From IMG/VR virus record IMGVR_UViG_3300006899_000574: DNA of 64,000 bases. One strand, given 5' to 3'. The notes under the pieces are model-generated. The model saw only the letters and a program-made list of their open reading frames with translations. It searched no databases and was not told the DNA's origin. Within the stretch, counting starts at the first letter, position 1. Every line of letters starts with the position of its first letter. Both the position numbers and the translations under genes were made by a program. This document shows positions 47,526-56,648 of the stretch, in pieces. Source of the stretch: a virus. Lineage: Duplodnaviria; Heunggongvirae; Uroviricota; Caudoviricetes.

Positions 47526-48513
47526 ACAGTCCTCCTACTGGGATAAATTCCACAACCCAGACCCACGGGTTTGATTCCCATGATGCGCGATCTTTGTTGA
47601 TTGAATCCCACAGCGCACGAAAGGCTCCGGTAGCTGTCGCATACCCATGCGGTGCGCCGCCAGCAAATCCATAAGCCAGACCGTCCTGCCACGGCCAGGA
47701 CACCAGACCTTCAGCTAATGCATCTTTTTCGCTGATGTCCTGCAAGCGCTCCATTCTTACGTCAGTGATTTCTAACGTTATGCGGGATGCCCAGCGAGGC
47801 GAACAATCTATTCTATTATCGAAAGGAATCCATGTCTCATTCTTCAGTATGCGGGCTATCGTCTTGGGTGATAGATTATATTCTTTCGAGAGAGTCCATG
47901 CGCTTTTACCGGACACCCGCATTTCTTCAGCCTTTTGCATGGTGCATTTAGCATTATGATGGTCTTCATGGATTCCTCGCCCATGGGCTTTTCTGTCCAA
48001 CCAATTGCTTTCGTAATTACCCCAGTCAAGGTTTTCCGGGGCGTTGTCCAGCCTGTCCCCACTCAGATGGCGAACGCATGGCTTAACTATTGACTTTGGT
48101 GCTGGTCCATACCATGCCTCACATACAACAACATGGACACTTACGTTTACGTCTGCGCCACCTTTTCGAAGAGTAGTTCGCTCATACCCAGAGTTCGAGA
48201 TATGTGATTTTATTGGTTTCCAAATGCCTGTAGATTGCGACCACAATCGTCCTTTAATATCTGCCGCATACTTAGCATCGTAACCGGTTAAGACCATCGC
48301 TGGGATCAGACGATCGCCTTGCTGGCCGTAAGGGCAGACGATGCGTGAGCCCAGACCGTGATTAAACCTGTCTACCTCGTCATTGAAATAGCCATCATCT
48401 GCGATCCGCCGCGTCTGCGTCTTGCGTCCTTCGAGAATTGCGCGGACCATCGGCCCGGAGAATAAGATTGGTCGTTCCTTCATTTCGAAGGATGCTCCTT
48501 CGCACGGACACAA
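47500..48513 (-). CDS. ASCH-domain protein interrupted by an in-frame HNH endonuclease domain
   Basis: N-terminus ILFSGPMVRAILEGRKTQTRR and C-terminus ITLEITDVRMERLQDISEKDALAEG...VWVVEF form an ASCH fold; the central VHVVVCEAWYG...VRHLSGDRLDNAPENL is an HNH_3-type nuclease. Confidence 0.55.
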   Translation of the reverse strand: MCPCEGASFEMKERPILFSGPMVRAILEGRKTQTRRIADDGYFNDEVDRFNHGLGSRIVCPYGQQGDRLIPAMVLTGYDAKYAADIKGRLWSQSTGIWKPIKSHISNSGYERTTLRKGGADVNVSVHVVVCEAWYGPAPKSIVKPCVRHLSGDRLDNAPENLDWGNYESNWLDRKAHGRGIHEDHHNAKCTMQKAEEMRVSGKSAWTLSKEYNLSPKTIARILKNETWIPFDNRIDCSPRWASRITLEITDVRMERLQDISEKDALAEGLVSWPWQDGLAYGFAGGAPHGYATATGAFRALWDSINKDRASWESNPWVWVVEFIPVGGLYEDPNRQE

Positions 48514-48683
48514 TCTATCCCTGTCTCAGTCATCAACTTCCAAAATGCCGCGTCTATAGCTTGATCTTGAGTCCAATTGTTGTCCCGCATGATCTGCTCT
48601 TTCAACATCCACGACACTTCAGCACGAAGCCTGCGAGACCACTCCACAAACTCTTGCTTCTCAAACGCAACATACTGTTTCAT
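48480..48683 (-). CDS. hypothetical small protein
   Basis: 67 aa. Confidence 0.3.
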   Translation of the reverse strand: MKQYVAFEKQEFVEWSRRLRAEVSWMLKEQIMRDNNWTQDQAIDAAFWKLMTETGIDCVRAKEHPSK

Positions 48684-49023
48684 TTCGGGTTCTCTCTCTC
48701 TTCATCATCGTGGAAAAGGCCTCTGCGAATCTCTGGTCTCTGATATTCCGCGCATCTCTCAGAGATGCCTCGATGTCGTAGTGTGCAACCCGCTTCCTGC
48801 TTTTCTGTAGCGTATAGCCGTGGCTCGCCATGAACCAGAGAAAGCAGTCTACGGTGTAGATATGCGCGTCTACCCAGGTGACAGCGTTGATCGAGGTCTC
48901 CGAGGCTTCACTTTTATACGCTTCATGTATCGTCTTGAACAAATCCTTCTGGTCGTGGAAGTCCCGCATGAATTTTGGCAGATACTCTCCGCTCTGCCTC
49001 CAGGCTTTATTGTCGTTGCTCAT
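48661..49023 (-). CDS. hypothetical protein
   Basis: 120 aa. Confidence 0.4.
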   Translation of the reverse strand: MSNDNKAWRQSGEYLPKFMRDFHDQKDLFKTIHEAYKSEASETSINAVTWVDAHIYTVDCFLWFMASHGYTLQKSRKRVAHYDIEASLRDARNIRDQRFAEAFSTMMKRERTRNETVCCV

Positions 49024-49382
49024 GACTCTCGGCGAAGCACAGGAATACGCTCCATTACCTGCGGGGAGATTACGGATACGGTTTCAAGCGCGCTGTCGAA
49101 CAGACTCTGCTGGGCCTCGCGCTGTTCCCTGCGAGTCATCCTGCGCGGCGGGCGCGGGCCCATGATGAAAACTGACTTGCGCAACTCCAGGATGCGATCT
49201 TCGTAATCGCTGTAATCGGCACCGTGGAACGCAACTATCATGTCCACAAGGGCGATGTCCGCCTGGCAGGTGATGACGATGAAATCCAATGGCTGTCTGG
49301 CCACAACTGCGGGCAGAGTGGAGCGGATCTCCCGTCTGGCGTCCGCTGTCAAAAGTTCTGTTGTAACGACTCCGATGAGCAT
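49020..49382 (-). CDS. hypothetical protein
   Basis: 120 aa. Confidence 0.4.
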   Translation of the reverse strand: MLIGVVTTELLTADARREIRSTLPAVVARQPLDFIVITCQADIALVDMIVAFHGADYSDYEDRILELRKSVFIMGPRPPRRMTRREQREAQQSLFDSALETVSVISPQVMERIPVLRRES

Positions 49383-49454
49383 AAAGTTCTCCTTGTGTAA
49401 GGGATACTACCGGCCCACCTGTTATTGTCAAGCAGGAAAAGAAAGAAATTTCCT

Positions 49455-49922
49455 CTACTCGTTGTCCCGGACTGAGGAAGCCCGGTCGATGTAGAGCACG
49501 CCATCGAGATGGTCGATTTCGTGCTGGATCACGGTGGCATCCCAACCCGTCAGTGTTTCACGGCGGTGCTCCCCCAGAACATCGTAGTACATGAGGTCTA
49601 CGGTCTCCCGCCGCCTCACCCAGCCGTGCTTGCCGGGAACCGATAGGCAGGCTTCCCAGTTTCCCATCAGCTCGCCGCTGATTTGCGTGACCACGGGATT
49701 GACGTAGACATATGCCTTGTCCGCTCGAACGACAACCACAACACGCAGGAGTACGCCGATCTGCGGCGCCGCGAGACCAATGCCGCCGGCGTTTCGCATG
49801 ACTGTAATCATGTGGGTCGCCAGGCGCATGAGCGGCGCACCGAACCAGGGCCGCGCTACCTCTACGGCCTGTCGTCTGAGAGTCGGATGCTCAGAACTCA
49901 GGATGATGTTACTGTAAGTCAT
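49455..49922 (-). CDS. def: peptide deformylase
   Basis: GIGLAAPQIG, EACLSVPG and HEIDHLDG motifs; start taken at MTYSNIIL. Confidence 0.8.
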   Translation of the reverse strand: MTYSNIILSSEHPTLRRQAVEVARPWFGAPLMRLATHMITVMRNAGGIGLAAPQIGVLLRVVVVVRADKAYVYVNPVVTQISGELMGNWEACLSVPGKHGWVRRRETVDLMYYDVLGEHRRETLTGWDATVIQHEIDHLDGVLYIDRASSVRDNE

Positions 49923-50344
49923 GGACTGCGGTTCCAGACGAACAGAAGATCGAGTTTGGTTTGTTTCCAGTCTGAGCCAGTAGAGCGATACGGAGTGGAG
50001 ACGCCGCACAACGTGTTGGCGCACTTGATGCGTAAGCCCTTCCAGAAACTTTCGTCATACCGGGCATCGCACCCGCAGTGCTTGCAGGGGCTCGGGCGAG
50101 AATAGTCTGCGGGTGTCGGGGAATCTTTCCCGAGGCTCTCTGCTCGCAACTTCCAGTGGTCGCGGGCCGTCTCCAGTTCGAGGATTACATGCCCGATGCG
50201 GAGTCTCGTGGTCAATGACAGCGGCGACAGGTCCAGATACCTGTTGAGCGCTTCCAGTGCGGCTTGCTCTTTTTCCGTGAAGAGCCGCAACCTGCGGTCG
50301 TAATCACGGTCCACCATTTCGTCTTCATTTAGAGGTGTATTCAT
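49919..50344 (-). CDS. hypothetical protein (start at MNTPLNE)
   Basis: ATGA coupling; C-terminal CKHCGC...C..C. Confidence 0.4.
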   Translation of the reverse strand: MNTPLNEDEMVDRDYDRRLRLFTEKEQAALEALNRYLDLSPLSLTTRLRIGHVILELETARDHWKLRAESLGKDSPTPADYSRPSPCKHCGCDARYDESFWKGLRIKCANTLCGVSTPYRSTGSDWKQTKLDLLFVWNRSP

Positions 50345-50706
50345 TCCGGGTTCTCCCTGTCGGCATAGATTCGCTTGTTGATGATGTCTTGCTGATATCT
50401 GCGCAGAGCGTCCGACGTATTGATAACATAACGGAGCATCTTCTTGCGGTCTGCTCTTCTGCACTGCCGGAATGGTTTCCCATATACCAGCGATGCCACT
50501 TGAAGCTCACTTTTAAGAATCTGTTTGCAGGAGAGTTCCCGCATAAACATCGATATGACTTCCGCCGGTAGTCCGTCAGGCGCACTACAGAACTTCGTGG
50601 CCTGCGGATGCATGTCGCGAATCAGCGCCTTCTCTTCAGGAGATAGGATCAGCATAATGGGCTGATCGTTGGAATCATAGATTTTATTTCCGATTTTGAC
50701 TCGCAT
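50341..50706 (-). CDS. hypothetical protein
   Basis: 121 aa. Confidence 0.4.
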   Translation of the reverse strand: MRVKIGNKIYDSNDQPIMLILSPEEKALIRDMHPQATKFCSAPDGLPAEVISMFMRELSCKQILKSELQVASLVYGKPFRQCRRADRKKMLRYVINTSDALRRYQQDIINKRIYADRENPE

Positions 50707-50914
50707 CTCTCACCCTCTGCACTGCTTCCTGTCTTACAACTACATCGCATAGATACAAATCATAGACGGCACACCTGTTCGCTTCTCGCATGGCATGCTC
50801 ATAAAAACGATCCGTGATCCGTAACTGTCTGCGAGTGGTGCGCAGACGTTCCGCTGTGCGCTGGCGCGCTTCTGCATTCCAGAACGTGTCTCCGCGAACC
50901 GCGATTCGTTTCAT
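50684..50914 (-). CDS. hypothetical small protein
   Basis: 76 aa. Confidence 0.3.
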   Translation of the reverse strand: MKRIAVRGDTFWNAEARQRTAERLRTTRRQLRITDRFYEHAMREANRCAVYDLYLCDVVVRQEAVQRVRDASQNRK

Positions 50915-52032
50915 GAGAGGTCGTCCTCAAACTCCAGTGTTCCGAGATCCTCTGGAGCACGGGGGATCAGGATGTGCTGAGAGAGGATCTCCTTGATACG
51001 CTCCCGCGCACGATTGACAGACAGCGAAACCTGGGCTGGGGCCTTGCTGTAGCAGTCCTCCTCTACTCCGGTAAGGAGGTGAAGAATCTCGTCAGCGGGC
51101 TTGTCGAGTCTGCTGTCGCGGCCACAGCGGCCACAGCGATAGCCAGCGGTATAGAAGGCCTGACCGCAGTTCTTACAGGTGTAAAGGTAGCTACTGCTTG
51201 GTGACACAAAGCGACCTCCAGTAAGAACGCCGCACTCGATGGCGAAGGTGATAACGTTTGGATCGCCTTCTGTAATACGCTTACGGAAAAGCTCTTTTAA
51301 GGATTCCGGAGTGACTTCAAATTCTCCTACCAGTTTCCCGGGAGTGCGAAAATAAATCTTCCCGTCCACTTCTTCTCCGGAATATCCGAATGCATTTGCC
51401 AGTGAGTCGTATCTGGCTTTGATGATAGAAGGCTTGACATCCTCCAGTGTTACTTCCGTGATCTTTAGTCTGTTCATGTTGTCTTCTCCAGTGTTGTTTA
51501 AGGCGTCATTTTTCCAGAATTCAAGTGGCAACCCCGCAAGTTTCAATAATTGCTCCCGGTAAGCAGAGATATCATCGAAAGACGAAGTATCATCCGGGGC
51601 GCTCTCTACTCGTAGAGACGCCTGTCCGCGCATTTCGTTCTCCGTTGCCTCTCCAAGATATCTCAGGAATTCAAGAGGCTGTTGTAAATGAGTTCGGCAG
51701 TGGTTTTGCAACGAGGTCTCTGAATACTGATCAAGAGGAAGTTGTCCCTCGGGAAGCTTCGGGTAACAGGAGTGATCAATGGTGAATTCTACCCAGTTAC
51801 CGCAAGAGCCGGGCCGCCATTCCCATCTCTGCCCCGGTCGTAGTTTGCCGTCCCACTCAGAGAGGAGGTAGTGGTCCTGCAAATTCTGGAGCAGATCAAA
51901 ATCATATACTTCTCCCTCATTGTTGCGGAGTTTAGGAACACCAGTTCTGCCAAACCCCACAATCAGCCAGTCCTGCACGGGAGGCGAGTGGGTTTTGTAT
52001 CTCCATACCTGACCAACTTTCAATTTGGCCAT
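50911..52032 (-). CDS. hypothetical protein with C-terminal zinc ribbon; paralogue of 31294-32022
   Basis: KVGQVWR...FGYSGEEVDGKIYFRTPGKLVGEFEVTPESLKELFRKRI; CKNCGQ...CGRC. Confidence 0.5.
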   Translation of the reverse strand: MAKLKVGQVWRYKTHSPPVQDWLIVGFGRTGVPKLRNNEGEVYDFDLLQNLQDHYLLSEWDGKLRPGQRWEWRPGSCGNWVEFTIDHSCYPKLPEGQLPLDQYSETSLQNHCRTHLQQPLEFLRYLGEATENEMRGQASLRVESAPDDTSSFDDISAYREQLLKLAGLPLEFWKNDALNNTGEDNMNRLKITEVTLEDVKPSIIKARYDSLANAFGYSGEEVDGKIYFRTPGKLVGEFEVTPESLKELFRKRITEGDPNVITFAIECGVLTGGRFVSPSSSYLYTCKNCGQAFYTAGYRCGRCGRDSRLDKPADEILHLLTGVEEDCYSKAPAQVSLSVNRARERIKEILSQHILIPRAPEDLGTLEFEDDLS

Positions 52033-52036
52033 CTGA

Positions 52037-52696
52037 TCAGTCCTCGACCTTCATTTGTCCTATCAGGTCAAAGTCAAACAAGCTCGCGTCCTCCACAAGC
52101 TGGTCGAACTCTTCGATGCGGGCTTCCGCATAACGCTGAACAAGTTTTCGCGCGGCCTGAATGACTGCCACATCTACCGACTTCAGTACGTAGAGGATAT
52201 CTCGATGATCCTTTTCGCGCCCCGCGATTATCTTCATTGTCAGCAGGACTTCTGGTGCGACCACTTTTACCAGTGCGCCGTCCAGAGACATTGCGCGAGC
52301 ATCAGCTATGCCCTGACGAGACAGGGAGTCGCTGGCAATAGCGATGTCTACTTCCTGCGTGGCGTCAGCGGGTCCGCTGGTCCCATAGGCAAACACCAGC
52401 CAGGATTTCCCGTCAAAGTCATTGTGGCGCATAAAGACGAACCCCTGTGCGCGCATTGCCGCAGATACAAACTCTACTTCGGTATCGCTAACCAGCAGGT
52501 CCATGTCATTCCTGGAGATCGTTCTGCGTCCGCCGGAATACAGCGAAACCGCACCTCCTCCAATCAAAGCATAGGAGAGCCCCTGAATTGCTTGAAGCAA
52601 GGCCGCGACTATCTGAGGCTGTGCTGTGTATTCCAGAAGTCGATAAAGAAGAGCGGTCTCTTGTCGCTCTGAGATCCTGAAGTTCATTCGTCTCAT
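52037..52696 (-). CDS. nucleotidyltransferase-fold protein (AbiEii/DUF1814-like)
   Basis: LIGGGAVSLYSGGRRTISRNDMDLLV (GGxAL...R.S.D.DL pattern). Confidence 0.4.
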   Translation of the reverse strand: MRRMNFRISERQETALLYRLLEYTAQPQIVAALLQAIQGLSYALIGGGAVSLYSGGRRTISRNDMDLLVSDTEVEFVSAAMRAQGFVFMRHNDFDGKSWLVFAYGTSGPADATQEVDIAIASDSLSRQGIADARAMSLDGALVKVVAPEVLLTMKIIAGREKDHRDILYVLKSVDVAVIQAARKLVQRYAEARIEEFDQLVEDASLFDFDLIGQMKVED

Positions 52697-52744
52697 AGAA
52701 ACAACTATATCTCTCGTAGAGATTTTGTCAACACTTTCCCGAAG

Positions 52745-53074
52745 CTAGTAGAAAAGATCGAGGTAGAGCGTGGGGTCCGCTTCTAGTTGCTTCAACAGAT
52801 ATGTCCAGCGATCCATGTTGTGGATAGAAAATTCCGGATGCCGGTATAACGCCTCCCACACGGTTTCAAAATTCCTTGGGCGCCAGATCGACCCCAGCTC
52901 CCCTTCGGCCTTGATCTCAGAGTTGCCGCCGCGACATACCTCACACAACCAGTCATAGAACTCTTCTTCCAGAGCGCATATCGACACCGGCTCCGCCAGA
53001 ACAAAGTTTCCCCGGGAAAATCGAACAAGTTGTAGTTGCATAAAAAACCTCCTCTCCGGGAGGTTTCCCGCCAC
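52745..53074 (-). CDS. hypothetical protein upstream of the NTase (possible cognate partner)
   Basis: 109 aa; R-x6-H (YRHPEFSIH) weak HEPN-like motif. Confidence 0.35.
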   Translation of the reverse strand: MAGNLPERRFFMQLQLVRFSRGNFVLAEPVSICALEEEFYDWLCEVCRGGNSEIKAEGELGSIWRPRNFETVWEALYRHPEFSIHNMDRWTYLLKQLEADPTLYLDLFY

Positions 53075-53120
53075 GGAGAGTAGTGAAGTGACCCAGCTAA
53101 ACTCAAACGTTGAAAGAGGA

Positions 53121-53417
53121 CTACCGCCGGGATTTTCTGCCCTGTCGCGCCGCCCTTTTGGCGATGCGTTTCTGGCTCAGGGTTTTGACAGCTGGCTTGC
53201 GGGACACCGCTGGAACAATCGGCTCGCGACGAAATTCGGACCACAGTAAAGTCGGGAAGTTCTGAAATCTAACCGCCTGCACAATGTGCCGGTAGCGCCC
53301 GTCTTCTCTGGTTTTCTGTACACGCGCGAGAGTAGACGACGCCGCTGTGTATTCCAGCGCAAATGACCGCTCGTTCAACCGCTTCCACAGGCGCCGTGCG
53401 AATGCCCTGGCTCTCAT
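53121..53417 (-). CDS. basic hypothetical protein
   Basis: K/R-rich C-terminus. Confidence 0.35.
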   Translation of the reverse strand: MRARAFARRLWKRLNERSFALEYTAASSTLARVQKTREDGRYRHIVQAVRFQNFPTLLWSEFRREPIVPAVSRKPAVKTLSQKRIAKRAARQGRKSRR

Positions 53418-53773
53418 TGGGCAACCTCCAACGGAGAGCTGTCGCGCGATGCCGTCCCCATTTGCTCCAGCAACCATGCTTTCTGCAAAATCAGGTAGCA
53501 CAGTGCGTCTCCAAATTTTTCATCGATCACCGCAGGCGTGGCTGGCGTAACTCCTGTAGTGATGTCGTAAATGGATGTCCAGTGCTTGCGCGCCATACCC
53601 ATGAGAGCTTGACCCGGGGAATCGTCTGAGCCCATGGGGAACTGCTTATGAGCATTCTTGAAATTGTGCAAGACATCTCGATCTGTCGCGTATTCCCCGC
53701 GCTTAGCGCGCATGGTTGTATTGATTAGATTCAGAGTGTTGTCCAGTATCGCATTGAACTCGTCTACCTTCAT
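53414..53773 (-). CDS. hypothetical protein
   Basis: 119 aa. Confidence 0.4.
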   Translation of the reverse strand: MKVDEFNAILDNTLNLINTTMRAKRGEYATDRDVLHNFKNAHKQFPMGSDDSPGQALMGMARKHWTSIYDITTGVTPATPAVIDEKFGDALCYLILQKAWLLEQMGTASRDSSPLEVAQ

Positions 53774-54543
53774 GCTTTTGCCCTCCCCGGTTTGTCTAAG
53801 ATTTCCATGACCTTCTGCGTCTCGTGTTGAAGAGACCTGACGTCGTCCTCAAACAACAAGGGCAGACAATGTCTGTCCAGCAACGCAAAAATCCCCCGAG
53901 ACCACGCCCTGGATTTCTCCAGCTCAACGTTGGAGAGGAAAATCGTTCGGCGACCGTTGGAAAGACGACTTCGCAACATCCTGTCCCAGGCCGCAATCAT
54001 TTTACTTCGGTTCTGATATAAAAACGACTTGGTTTCATCAAAGACTTCGTCGATGATCAGCAGGTCCACCAGCTCTGCCGCACGCAGATCCTGCTTGAGA
54101 TCCTGTGCTTCATATGAGAAGCTCTCATGGAAGAGGAGCGCGAGGTCTCCGGCCAGCACGTAGCGCACACTCAGGCTGGCTTTCAGAAACCCCCGGCCGA
54201 TAGCGCATGCCACGCTGGTCTTCCCGCTGTTATTTGGCCCCCAGAGATACAGGGATTTCTTCTGTACTGCGGGGTCGTGCAGATGGCGGATGTAGTTCAT
54301 GGCCCGCAGGAAGCTCTGCTTCGACTTCACAAAATTCTTACGGATGTCTACAAATTCCAGATTGTGATACTCGCGCGGGATGCCGCTCTTCTCTAAGAGA
54401 GATTTGTAGAATTGCTTTGGGGGATTGAAGTTCGGGTTCCGCGCGGAGTAGGTCTCGCCAGTGGCGGGATCAATTTCGTAGATGTAGGGCTCATCAGATT
54501 TTGTCCGGGATGCTGTAGTCATATTTGATTCTCGCGAGTGCAA
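53770..54543 (-). CDS. DnaC/IstB-like AAA+ helicase-loader ATPase
   Basis: Walker A LWGPNNSGKTS, Walker B LLIIDEV. Confidence 0.55.
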   Translation of the reverse strand: MHSRESNMTTASRTKSDEPYIYEIDPATGETYSARNPNFNPPKQFYKSLLEKSGIPREYHNLEFVDIRKNFVKSKQSFLRAMNYIRHLHDPAVQKKSLYLWGPNNSGKTSVACAIGRGFLKASLSVRYVLAGDLALLFHESFSYEAQDLKQDLRAAELVDLLIIDEVFDETKSFLYQNRSKMIAAWDRMLRSRLSNGRRTIFLSNVELEKSRAWSRGIFALLDRHCLPLLFEDDVRSLQHETQKVMEILDKPGRAKA

Positions 54544-54925
54544 AGTTCATACGTTCAGGACTGATCTCGTTCTTCCCTCTGGCCAGGCTGGCTTCAGGAA
54601 CCGGGATCTCCTTGCCGTTGATGGTAATAGTACTGGCCGGCAGGTAAACACATTTCCAGTCGTTGCTTAAGGAGTTGACTGTCGCACGGTTCACCGGCGC
54701 ATTCTGCTGGCGAAGAACCCAGGACACATACATGAACCAGATGTTGCGCTGAATGTCCTCTATTTCTTCCGTGCGCTTGGATAACTTTACCTCGAAGCTC
54801 AACAGCCCTGGCTCATCGACCAGCTTCATGATGTCGGCAATCGTGTCCTCGGTCAGGAACGCGAGATCCAGAATCAGCCGCTGTTTCTCCAGATCAAATT
54901 CACGTCCTGCGGCATGAATCTTCAT
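54494..54925 (-). CDS. hypothetical protein
   Basis: 143 aa. Confidence 0.4.
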   Translation of the reverse strand: MKIHAAGREFDLEKQRLILDLAFLTEDTIADIMKLVDEPGLLSFEVKLSKRTEEIEDIQRNIWFMYVSWVLRQQNAPVNRATVNSLSNDWKCVYLPASTITINGKEIPVPEASLARGKNEISPERMNFALARIKYDYSIPDKI

Positions 54926-55554
54926 CTCTCTTCTGCCGCCTTGATGAAAGTTGAATTGAGCAGGATAAAATCTCTTCGTTCGCGCTCATCCTGAATCTTC
55001 CGCACGGCCTTGAGAAACATGATCACGGGTTGATGTGCGATGCGGATCTCTTGCCTGTCGTCATCTCCAGTGAAACTGCGAGCCAGCAGGAACTTATCAT
55101 TCATCCAGATGAACATAATACGGCCGGTCTCAATTCGTGGCACCTCACGCTTTTGATTGAAGATATCTTCAGCGTGGATCTCCCCCGAGCGCACCATCTC
55201 GGCAAGTTCGGCGGCATCCAGCAGAACAGCAACTGTTTCTCCAGTGTCTACACGATAATGCGGGAACCGGTCCTCAAACGCCGATGTGAGTTTCTGGTGT
55301 ATGTCCTCAGGAGCCGGATTGTCTTGCAGATTGATGTCGTACGTATAGGGGCCTACATTGCACCGGATCACTCGATTGCTGTTGTCATAGGTGGTTACCA
55401 GTGGAACCGGGAAGCCGCTGACACATCGCTTGACTTCGTGCGCCACGCTTTGCAGGTAGTCGCGATCCAGTCCGCGCCTGGAGTTGAGGTATGCCTCATC
55501 CGATAGCCAGGAGTTTTTCGGCGGCGTTTCTTCTGGTTTGCCGTGTCGTGTCAT
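54922..55554 (-). CDS. hypothetical protein
   Basis: 210 aa. Confidence 0.45.
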   Translation of the reverse strand: MTRHGKPEETPPKNSWLSDEAYLNSRRGLDRDYLQSVAHEVKRCVSGFPVPLVTTYDNSNRVIRCNVGPYTYDINLQDNPAPEDIHQKLTSAFEDRFPHYRVDTGETVAVLLDAAELAEMVRSGEIHAEDIFNQKREVPRIETGRIMFIWMNDKFLLARSFTGDDDRQEIRIAHQPVIMFLKAVRKIQDERERRDFILLNSTFIKAAEER

Positions 55555-56648
55555 TTGCGGAACCCCATCACGAAATAAAAATTCTCATCATCTCGATGTA
55601 TCCGTGTGGCATGAATGTGGTGCCCGGGATCACGAAGATGGAATACGATGTTTCCACTCCCTTTCTTCAGGGCGCCTAACGCTCGTTTAAGATACAGGCC
55701 CGGAATTGCTCTATCGAAACCAGTCAGCGCGTCGAGATCCCCGCTGGCCTGTAACTGCTCGGACGCGAATGATTTCGAGCTTCGATGCTCCAGTGCTACA
55801 CCTTCCGGCCTGATCGTCAGAAACAGCTGGTGGTCCATGCTTTTGTCTGCGGCCACCAGCAAGCGCGTAAGTGCAGTGACAGTGCTGTCGTATGAGAGAC
55901 ACAGTCTGGATGGATGATCGAATATCTGTCTGCGCTCGTCAGCCGGCGTGTTCTGAATCGCAAGAGTTTGCCGAAGTGGAAACCAGAATTCCATCCCTTC
56001 GGCACTGAAGTTTTGTATCACGGTGTCTGCGGCTCGCAGGTAGTTCACCGTCACGGACTCCGTGAGTCCCAGAGCCGCCAGGGTCTTGATAATCTCCACG
56101 CCGTATAATACGGGTTGCGCCACCTTGTGCCCGGTATGTTGCCTGACTACAGCCAGTGTGCGGCTGTCGCTGGCAATAGCGGTTTCGTCGCAGAACAGCG
56201 CGACACCGGCATAGCCATGCGTTTTTCCGGTAAACGGTAACAGGTCTGCAAGGCTCTTCACGTCGGCCAGATGGTCGGTCTGGAACGGCACCAGAGTCTC
56301 CAGAACATCACATAACGACTTCTCGGGGTAGCGCATCTTGAAAGCCGGCATGCTGTAAGTGGCTCCGGAGAACTTCAGATCGCGCACCCCCAGCGTCACC
56401 AGCTCCTGGTGCGCATCAGTCAGTCGGCTCAAGGAAGCCAGGGTGGCTACCGGATAGATGGCTTCGAACGGCGTAGCGGTCTCATGCGGCGCGGTGTAGC
56501 GCACGATCGCCGCCGCAGACAGCAGTTGAATTTGCAATTGCTGTTCGGTTACTCGAACACGGATACGATTGTGATGAGCCTGTAGCTGATCCGCCAGGCG
56601 CGACATCACAGCTACCACTCGTGCCAGAACTTCTGCTCGGATTTTCAT
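55551..56648 (-). CDS. hypothetical protein immediately downstream of the SbcC-like gene (not Mre11-like; clamp-sized)
   Basis: 365 aa; no DxH/GNHE phosphoesterase motifs. Confidence 0.45.
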   Translation of the reverse strand: MKIRAEVLARVVAVMSRLADQLQAHHNRIRVRVTEQQLQIQLLSAAAIVRYTAPHETATPFEAIYPVATLASLSRLTDAHQELVTLGVRDLKFSGATYSMPAFKMRYPEKSLCDVLETLVPFQTDHLADVKSLADLLPFTGKTHGYAGVALFCDETAIASDSRTLAVVRQHTGHKVAQPVLYGVEIIKTLAALGLTESVTVNYLRAADTVIQNFSAEGMEFWFPLRQTLAIQNTPADERRQIFDHPSRLCLSYDSTVTALTRLLVAADKSMDHQLFLTIRPEGVALEHRSSKSFASEQLQASGDLDALTGFDRAIPGLYLKRALGALKKGSGNIVFHLRDPGHHIHATRIHRDDENFYFVMGFRK

